Source: Prevotellaceae bacterium
GTDB taxonomy: Bacteria > Bacteroidota > Bacteroidia > Bacteroidales > UBA932
Assembly (NCBI GenBank): GCA_031255755.1
Contig: JAIRRX010000023.1
Span: 1-52,641 of the forward strand
Length of the DNA: 52,641 bases
Direction of reading: 5' to 3'
Shown: positions 46,408 through 52,641 of the stretch, in pieces
Layout: each line of letters begins with the position of its first letter
How positions within the stretch are numbered: position 1 is the stretch's first letter
The notes under the pieces: model-generated
Database searches by the model: none
Told to the model about the DNA's origin: nothing
What the model saw: the letters and a program-made list of their open reading frames with translations, nothing else
Translations under genes and position numbers: made by a program

Positions 46408-46854
46408 ATGAGCGATAAAAAAACCGATTTAAAAAAGATACTGTCCGTTTCAGGGTATTCGAGTTTGTTTATATTTGTAGGCAAAACAAAAAACGGCATA
46501 GTTGTCGAAAATATTAATGACGGAAAAAGAACCGCATTCAGCGAGTCCGCAAAAGTAAGCGCGCTGTCGGATATATCAGTGTTTACAAATTCCGAAGAAC
46601 TTCCGCTGATTGAAGTAATCGAAAAAATAAAAGAAAAAGAAAATTGCAATGCAATAAATATTGAAGTAAAAAAAGCCGATGCGGAAATAATCAAAAAATA
46701 TTTTGAAGAAACGCTTCCTGATTACGACCGCGACCGTTTATATGTTTCTCACATGAGAAAAATATTAGACTGGTACAATCAACTGCAAAGTCATAACATG
46801 CTTGATTTTGAAAAAGACGATACAGCAGAAACGGCTACCGAAACAACAGAATAA
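46408..46854 (+). CDS. Conserved hypothetical protein (DUF5606-like)
   Basis: N-terminus LKKILSVSGYSSLF... and LPDYDRDRLYVSHMRKILDWYNQL resemble the Bacteroidetes DUF5606 family as I recall it. Start moved from 46330 to the ATG at 46408, removing an implausible hydrophobic extension. Confidence 0.55.
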   Translation: MSDKKTDLKKILSVSGYSSLFIFVGKTKNGIVVENINDGKRTAFSESAKVSALSDISVFTNSEELPLIEVIEKIKEKENCNAINIEVKKADAEIIKKYFEETLPDYDRDRLYVSHMRKILDWYNQLQSHNMLDFEKDDTAETATETTE

Positions 46855-46863
46855 AAATCTTTT

Positions 46864-47331
46864 CTATTTTATTTCCGTCAGTATATTTATTGTTTCAAAT
46901 ATTGGGATTTCGTTAAGAAATTCATACGACTGCGTTTCAAAATTTATTTTGCAGCAATAAGTATCAATACCGTTGGTGGCAACAAGATAAGGGACTTTAA
47001 ATATCAGATTGTAACGTGATAACTGATAGAAAATGTTCTGCGAAATTTTTACGTTTTCGGCTTTGCACTCAACCATTAACAGCGGATTGCGGTTACTGCC
47101 GTAAACAAGAATATCGCAGCGTTTTTGCATGCTGTTAAGTTTCATGCCGACTTCAACGCGCATCAGATTTATAGGATAATTTTTAACATTTACAAGATAC
47201 ATTATTATATTTTGCCTTACCGCTTCTTCCGCCGTAAAAGCAACATATTTTTTGCGAACACAGTCAAAAATCTGTTTACCGTCTGAAGTGTTGCGAATAT
47301 TTAAATTTTCTTTTTTTATTTCGTCTTTCAT
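46864..47331 (-). CDS. Stand-alone HsdR_N (type I restriction enzyme R N-terminal, PD-(D/E)xK-like) domain protein
   Basis: 155 aa. EEAVRQ, CDILVY and LMVECK segments give a D...ExK arrangement. Divergent from holA. Confidence 0.65.
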   Translation of the reverse strand: MKDEIKKENLNIRNTSDGKQIFDCVRKKYVAFTAEEAVRQNIIMYLVNVKNYPINLMRVEVGMKLNSMQKRCDILVYGSNRNPLLMVECKAENVKISQNIFYQLSRYNLIFKVPYLVATNGIDTYCCKINFETQSYEFLNEIPIFETINILTEIK

Positions 47332-47629
47332 ATTTTGGTTTTAATATCAATATCCTGAAAATGTCATTTCGCACTTTTTGCATAACTGCCATTAATTTCA
47401 ACCTCCCCTCCTATCCTATCGTAATCCAATTTTATTATAATTATTAAGTATTTTTATCAAAAACTATATGTTTAATATATTTTTATCATTAAAAATACTT
47501 TTATCATGTTAAATGAATAAACCATAATCAGTCATAAAACTTTATATAAAATCATAACAAAACTTTATACATATAATAATATTTTCAGTTACAGTTCAAA
47601 AAACAACAGCAAAACTAATGAAAAAATAT

Positions 47630-47637
47630 TATATTTG
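47630..47637 (+). promoter_or_regulatory. -7 promoter box TAtaTTTG for holA
   Basis: Lies 21 nt upstream of the ATG at 47658. Confidence 0.55.
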
Positions 47638-47657
47638 CACAATATAAATATTGGCAA

Positions 47658-48728
47658 ATGGCAAAATTCAGCGGCAAGGATACAATAACAAAATACGGTC
47701 AAATACTCAGCGATTTGAAAAATAAAATATACAGACCCATTTATGTTTTAATGGGAGAAGAAGTTTATTATATCGACAAATTAAGCGAATTTATTGCAAA
47801 TAATGTTTTATCCGAAAGTGAGCGCTCGTTTAATCAAACCGTCATTTATGGAAAAGATGTTTCCGAAATAAGCCTTATAACAGACGCCGCCCGCCGTTTT
47901 CCAATGATGGCAAACTATCAGGTTATAATTGTCCGCGAAGCGCAGGTCATAAAAGACATAGACAAACTTGAACCTTATATCAAAAATCCTTTGAAATCAA
48001 CAATTCTGGTAATTTGCTACAAAGGAAAAACCATTGATAAACGAACAGCATTTTATAAAACTATTTTACAGCAGGGAGAAGTACTGGAATCGGTAAAACT
48101 TTACGAAAACGAAGTGCCGAGTTGGATTTCAACATACGTAAAACAGCAAGGTTTTGAAATAGAACCCAACGCCGCCGTAATACTTGCTGATTTTCTCGGA
48201 ATCAATTTAAGCAGAACAGTGAACGAACTGAACAAACTGTTTACCGTTTTGCCTGAAAACAGAAAAAAAATAAACGCGCTTGATATTGAAAATAATATAG
48301 GAATAAGCAGAGACTACAACACATTTGAACTCAGCAAGGCTGTATCAAACAGAGATGTGTTGAGAGCAAACAAAATATGCCTGCATTTCATTAAAAACGC
48401 AAAGGAATATCCTTTTGTGGTAACAATATCAACTCTGTTTTCTCAATTTTCAAAAGTTATGAAATATCACGCACTGCGCCGACAGCGGCTCGGCAGTCGT
48501 GAAATTATTGCGGCGCTTGGAATAAATCCGTTTTTTATTAAGGATTACGAAATTGCAGCAAACAATTACAATATGCTGCAAACCGCAAAAATAATTTCGC
48601 TGCTGCGCGAATACGATATGAAAAGCAAAGGCATGAATTACGTTGCCGCCGACAGCGGCGAACTGCTGCGTGAACTGATTTCCAAAATATTCAATATCGA
48701 CAGCATACGTTATGATATTATGAAGTGA
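47658..48728 (+). CDS. holA: DNA polymerase III subunit delta
   Basis: 356 aa. N-terminal clamp-loader-like segment (IYVLMGEEVYYIDK, VIIVREAQ) and helical C-terminal domain. Length fits HolA. Confidence 0.8.
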   Translation: MAKFSGKDTITKYGQILSDLKNKIYRPIYVLMGEEVYYIDKLSEFIANNVLSESERSFNQTVIYGKDVSEISLITDAARRFPMMANYQVIIVREAQVIKDIDKLEPYIKNPLKSTILVICYKGKTIDKRTAFYKTILQQGEVLESVKLYENEVPSWISTYVKQQGFEIEPNAAVILADFLGINLSRTVNELNKLFTVLPENRKKINALDIENNIGISRDYNTFELSKAVSNRDVLRANKICLHFIKNAKEYPFVVTISTLFSQFSKVMKYHALRRQRLGSREIIAALGINPFFIKDYEIAANNYNMLQTAKIISLLREYDMKSKGMNYVAADSGELLRELISKIFNIDSIRYDIMK

Positions 48729-49033
48729 TGAAATTATAACTTTGTTATCGTAACGGCTGCGAACAGCAAAACTGCTTTGCGTTTTGTTGAAATCAAGGTT
48801 TTTCAAAATAATTGTTTTGCTGTCATAATTCTTGGATTAATTAATATTAAATCTGCACCTGCTATGGATTAACTTCGTTAAATTCCGCTTTGTTTTGTTC
48901 ACAATTTGCAATAATAAATAAAGAATCTCAACCTGAAAAAACCCGTATAACTAATCAATAATGCAGGATGATTAAAACAGTTTAGACATAAAATTCGGAA
49001 AATGCGCCTGTTGCAGATATGGAATAAAACCCT

Positions 49034-49041
49034 TACTTTTG
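49034..49041 (+). promoter_or_regulatory. -7 promoter box TActTTTG for the rhomboid / DUF5686-like genes
   Basis: Lies 27 nt upstream of the ATG at 49068. Confidence 0.55.
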
Positions 49042-49067
49042 CAATCGGTTTATTAAACAACAAGATT

Positions 49068-49682
49068 ATGGATTTGACTTTAACAATTATAATTATCACA
49101 GCGCTTGCATCCATTGCGGCATTTGAATCTCGTCGAATTTTTGACAGAATGTTGCTGTCGCCTTATATGATTATACACAAAAAAGAATGGTATCGAATGA
49201 TAACGCACGGTTTTATTCATGCAGGCTGGGCGCATCTTCTTATAAACATGCTCGTGTTTTATTCGTTCGGGCGTGCATTGATATATTATATTTCCAATTA
49301 TATTGGACATGAAACGGTACATTTTTTGGTTTTATATTTCGGCGGAATGGTTTTCGCAACGCTGACTACCATCGTAAAAAACCGTAACAATTACGCATAT
49401 CGCGGTGTCGGCGCTTCCGGTGCCGTTTCGGCTGTAATGTTTGCATGTATATTTTTTAATCCGTGGAACAAACTGCTGTTTATGGGAATCATTCCCGTTC
49501 CCGGAATAGTTTTTGCAGTACTGTATCTTGTTTATTGCAGTTATATGAGCCGCAACAGTCATGATAATATCAATCATGATGCCCATCTTTACGGAGCAGT
49601 TTTCGGTTTGGTCTATCCTGTTCTGGTTAAACCGGATTTGCTTAAACTATTTACTAATCTGTTGTTGAATCCTTCATATTGA
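49068..49682 (+). CDS. Rhomboid-family intramembrane serine protease
   Basis: Motifs HAGWAHLLINM (HxxxN), catalytic GASGAV and AHLYGAVFG. Start moved from 49002 to the ATG at 49068 because the -7 box at 49034-49041 lies inside the longer ORF. Confidence 0.8.
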   Translation: MDLTLTIIIITALASIAAFESRRIFDRMLLSPYMIIHKKEWYRMITHGFIHAGWAHLLINMLVFYSFGRALIYYISNYIGHETVHFLVLYFGGMVFATLTTIVKNRNNYAYRGVGASGAVSAVMFACIFFNPWNKLLFMGIIPVPGIVFAVLYLVYCSYMSRNSHDNINHDAHLYGAVFGLVYPVLVKPDLLKLFTNLLLNPSY

Positions 49683-49715
49683 CGGAACATTTTCGCAGAT
49701 TACAATATTAATAAA

Positions 49716-52253
49716 ATGAAAAAAATATATATTTTACTTTTAATATTTTTACCCTTTCAATTATTTTCGCAGCAGAATACAGTTATAGAAGGCTCGGTGA
49801 TGGATGCCGTTACCGGTGAAGAACTTGCATTTGTAAATGTGTTTTTTCAGGGAAAAAGCATAGGAACATCCACCGATTTGAAAGGTGATTTTCATCTTGA
49901 AACACTGTGGGCTTCCGATGAAATAATCGTATCGTTTATCGGATACCGCACGCAAACTCTGAAAGTTGAAATAGGTCAAAAAAATAAATATACCGTTCTT
50001 CTTGTTCCTGATGCTATCAGCCTCGAAGAAGCGATTGTACGCCCGAAGCGGGTACGTTACCGCAAAAAGAACAATCCTGCGGTAGCGCTAATGCAAAAAG
50101 TGATTGAAAATAAAAAACATAATCGCATAGAAGCACACGATTATTACGAATACGAAAGTTATGAAAAACTTGAATTTGCGCTTGATAATATCAAACCTGA
50201 TTTGAAAGATAAAAAAGTGTTGCGTAATTTTCAGTTCATGTTCAATTATGTTGATACTTCCGAACTCAACGGTAAGCCTTATCTGCCGATATTTATAAAA
50301 GAAACCGTCAGCGACAGATATTACAGAAAATCACCGGAAACATCCCGCGAAATAATAAAAGCGACAAAAATGTCAGGTTTTGACAAATATTTCGATCAGG
50401 CAGGGCTTTCTTCATATCTGGAACTGCTTTTTAATAATGTTGACATTTACAGCAATGACATCGAAATGTTAGATCAACATTTTGTAAGTCCGCTATCGAA
50501 TATTGCAAATACTTTTTACAAATTTTACCTTCTTGATACCGTTGACATTGACGGCGTAAAGTGCAGCAATATAACATTTTTGCCCCATAATTCAGCAGAC
50601 TGGGGATTTAACGGAAACATATACATAACAACAGATTCGACTTATGCGGTAAAAAAAATTCATCTCAAAATTCTGAAAAAAATCAACATGAATTTTGTTG
50701 ATGACCTGTCGTTAATTCAGGAATTTGACAAAGTCGAAAATACATGGATACTGTCAAAAAACGAAATTAATATTGATTTCAGCCTGTTTGATAAAAGTCA
50801 TGGAATTTACGGACAAAGAACAGTAACTTATAAGAATTTCATATTTGACACTCCGCGTCCCGACAGCGATTATAAAGGCAGTGAAAAGAAAATCCGCCTT
50901 TCTGATTCCGACGAAAAACCTGCCGAATTTTGGCAATACGCCCGTCATGAACCTCTCAACAAAAACGAACAGGGAATTTACGATATGCTTGATACGCTGA
51001 ACAACGTCAAGCAGTTTCGCAACTTTATGGATTTTCTCATGATTGTAACAACAGGATATATTGAATTTAAAAAATTTGATTTTGGACCAATCAATGCAAT
51101 GTACAGTCATAATCACATTGAAGGCAATCGCTTCCGAGTGGGCGGAAAAACAAGCGCCAAACTGCATCCTCATATATTTTTTGAAACCTTTTTGGCGTAC
51201 GGATTGAAAGATAAAAAACTCAAATATTTCGGCGCGCTAACATATTCGTTCAAAAAGAAAAAATATCATCAGTGGGAATATCCGATGAACATGCTGACAT
51301 TTTCATACGAATACAATACAAAAATTCTCGGACAGGAATTAAATTATACTACAGGCGATAATTTTCTGTTTTCGTTCAATCGCGGCAAAGTTGATAAAAT
51401 GGTTTACGATAAAAATATACGTTTGCAGTATGATTTGGAAAAAGGCAACGGCTGGGGATTTCAGACTTTATTTTCGTATATCGAACGCGAAGCGGCAGGG
51501 GCTATGGCTTTTGAAAATTACATAGATGGAAATTTGAACAGAATAAATAAACTTACAACATGCGAATTTGGAATCAACATACGGTTTGCTCCAAACGAAC
51601 AGTTTTATCAAAGCAAGCATTATCGTTCAACAATGACCAAAAAAGAACCTGTGATAACGCTTTCGCATGTTGCAGGAATAAAAAATCTGGCAGGTTCGGA
51701 TTATGATTATCAAAAAACGGTTATTTCGGCGCGAAAACGCTTCTGGATTTCAAGTTTCGGATTTATAGATGCATTCGCGCGGGCAGGAAAAGTGTGGGGA
51801 ACTGTTCCGTTTCCGCTGCTGTTTATTCATAGCGCAAATCAGACTTATTCATATCACATGCAATCATATAACATGATGAATTTTTTTGAATTTGCAAGCG
51901 ATAAATATGCCGAAATAAATATTGCCTACAATCTGCAAGGTTTACTGTTCAACAGAATTCCTATGCTGAAAAAGGCAAAATTGCGCGAAGTACTTACATT
52001 TAAAGCCGTCTGGGGTGATATTAGTGATAGAAACATGCCGACAAACAATCCTTCGCTTTTTCTGTTTCCGTCAACAGATACGGGAGAAACGGCAATGTTT
52101 TCGTTAAGCAACAAACCATATATGGAAGGCAGCGCAGGAATTGACAATATTTTCAGGTTTTTAAGAGTAGATTTGGTTTGGCGAATGTCATATCGAAATA
52201 ACCCTAATGTTGACAAACTTGGCGTTCGATTCAGGTTTCACGTAAATTTTTAA
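49716..52253 (+). CDS. Large outer-membrane-type protein with N-terminal CarboxypepD_reg-like domain (DUF5686-like)
   Basis: 845 aa. Signal peptide, IEGSVMDAVTGEELAFVNVFFQGKSIGTSTDLKGDFHL (carboxypeptidase-regulatory fold), and a beta-rich aromatic C-terminus ending in F. Confidence 0.6.
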   Translation: MKKIYILLLIFLPFQLFSQQNTVIEGSVMDAVTGEELAFVNVFFQGKSIGTSTDLKGDFHLETLWASDEIIVSFIGYRTQTLKVEIGQKNKYTVLLVPDAISLEEAIVRPKRVRYRKKNNPAVALMQKVIENKKHNRIEAHDYYEYESYEKLEFALDNIKPDLKDKKVLRNFQFMFNYVDTSELNGKPYLPIFIKETVSDRYYRKSPETSREIIKATKMSGFDKYFDQAGLSSYLELLFNNVDIYSNDIEMLDQHFVSPLSNIANTFYKFYLLDTVDIDGVKCSNITFLPHNSADWGFNGNIYITTDSTYAVKKIHLKILKKINMNFVDDLSLIQEFDKVENTWILSKNEINIDFSLFDKSHGIYGQRTVTYKNFIFDTPRPDSDYKGSEKKIRLSDSDEKPAEFWQYARHEPLNKNEQGIYDMLDTLNNVKQFRNFMDFLMIVTTGYIEFKKFDFGPINAMYSHNHIEGNRFRVGGKTSAKLHPHIFFETFLAYGLKDKKLKYFGALTYSFKKKKYHQWEYPMNMLTFSYEYNTKILGQELNYTTGDNFLFSFNRGKVDKMVYDKNIRLQYDLEKGNGWGFQTLFSYIEREAAGAMAFENYIDGNLNRINKLTTCEFGINIRFAPNEQFYQSKHYRSTMTKKEPVITLSHVAGIKNLAGSDYDYQKTVISARKRFWISSFGFIDAFARAGKVWGTVPFPLLFIHSANQTYSYHMQSYNMMNFFEFASDKYAEINIAYNLQGLLFNRIPMLKKAKLREVLTFKAVWGDISDRNMPTNNPSLFLFPSTDTGETAMFSLSNKPYMEGSAGIDNIFRFLRVDLVWRMSYRNNPNVDKLGVRFRFHVNF

Positions 52254-52264
52254 TATTTGGTGTT

Positions 52265-52522
52265 ATGGAAAAATTTTTGTTACTCGTAATTATTGTAATA
52301 TGTATAGTTTTGGTTTGTTTTGCAGCCATGTCGATAAGTATATGGATAAAGAAAAACGGGAAATTTCCTGAAACCGAAGTATCGCGCAATAAAAACATGA
52401 AAAAACTTGGAATAAAATGTATTAGACAGGAAGAAATCGAACAGGCAAACAAAAACAGCAAGCAAAAAATCAACTGCGACGACTGCGAAGGCTGTTTTTT
52501 GAAATCCGAAAAAAGGAAATAA
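52265..52522 (+). CDS. Small single-TM protein with Cys-rich C-terminus
   Basis: 85 aa. One N-terminal TM helix, a K-rich juxtamembrane segment, then C-x17-CDDCEGC. Lies 11 nt after the preceding gene. Family not recognised. Confidence 0.4.
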   Translation: MEKFLLLVIIVICIVLVCFAAMSISIWIKKNGKFPETEVSRNKNMKKLGIKCIRQEEIEQANKNSKQKINCDDCEGCFLKSEKRK

Positions 52523-52641
52523 AACAGGCATATATGCCAAAAGTGTTTGATAAAAAACGTTATCTTACTTTATAGCGTTTGATTATTAATTGTTTAAAAT
52601 AAGATAAAAAAAAATTATTGAAATTAATTTCAATAATTTTT

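Noticed and set aside
47332-47657. Replication origin (TTATC-containing repeats in an AT-rich spacer next to holA)
   Set aside because: The TTATCAAAA, TTATCATTA and TTATCATGT sites do not match the 3' half of the DnaA box TTATNCACA. No dnaA or dnaN gene is nearby. More likely an ordinary AT-rich divergent promoter region.

Overview
This is an AT-rich chromosomal segment that looks like Bacteroidota, probably Bacteroidales-like. The phylum call rests on four observations. The Bacteroidetes -7 promoter box TAnnTTTG sits about 10-45 nt upstream of roughly 20 gene starts. There are no obvious Shine-Dalgarno sequences. One protein carries a T9SS type-A C-terminal sorting domain. The gene sets ftsX-DUF3098-uppP and HsdR_N/holA match my recollection of Bacteroidetes gene order.

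I call 46 protein genes and one tmRNA (ssrA). I saw no tRNA, rRNA, CRISPR array, integrase, transposase or phage genes.

Content is mainly housekeeping: tsaB, rluD, lysA, ogt, slyD, csp, mgsA, an ABC-F ATPase, rlmB, uppP, ftsX, pepD, recQ, prs, nifJ/PFOR and holA. There are two envelope efflux modules. One is an RND tripartite pump. The other is a TetR-TolC-HlyD-ATPase-ATPase-permease-permease operon arranged like E. coli cecR-ybhGFSR. There is also a BlaI/BlaR1(M56)-TonB_C sensor pair, a tryptophanase gene flanked by long AT-rich spacers, and an RRM RNA-binding protein gene.

The promoter boxes allowed several ORF-track starts to be shortened: the PASTA protein, pepD, the rhomboid protease, the DUF5606 protein, the MFP, one ABC-2 permease, one ABC ATPase and one MBL hydrolase.

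I did not find a convincing new multi-gene protein system. To me this is an ordinary core-genome window. The signal least explained by the gene calls is non-coding:
- A GC-rich hairpin repeat family (core CGTCATTGCGA ... GAAGCAATCCAG) is present as a three-unit cluster after ssrA, as a second copy after nifJ, and as a degenerate trace near 15.9 kb.
- A helically phased array of AATCGGATT-like boxes lies upstream of mgsA.
- There are candidate operators and leaders at the blaI, tetR, tnaA and RRM genes.

All family assignments come from motifs read in the translations. No database search was run.
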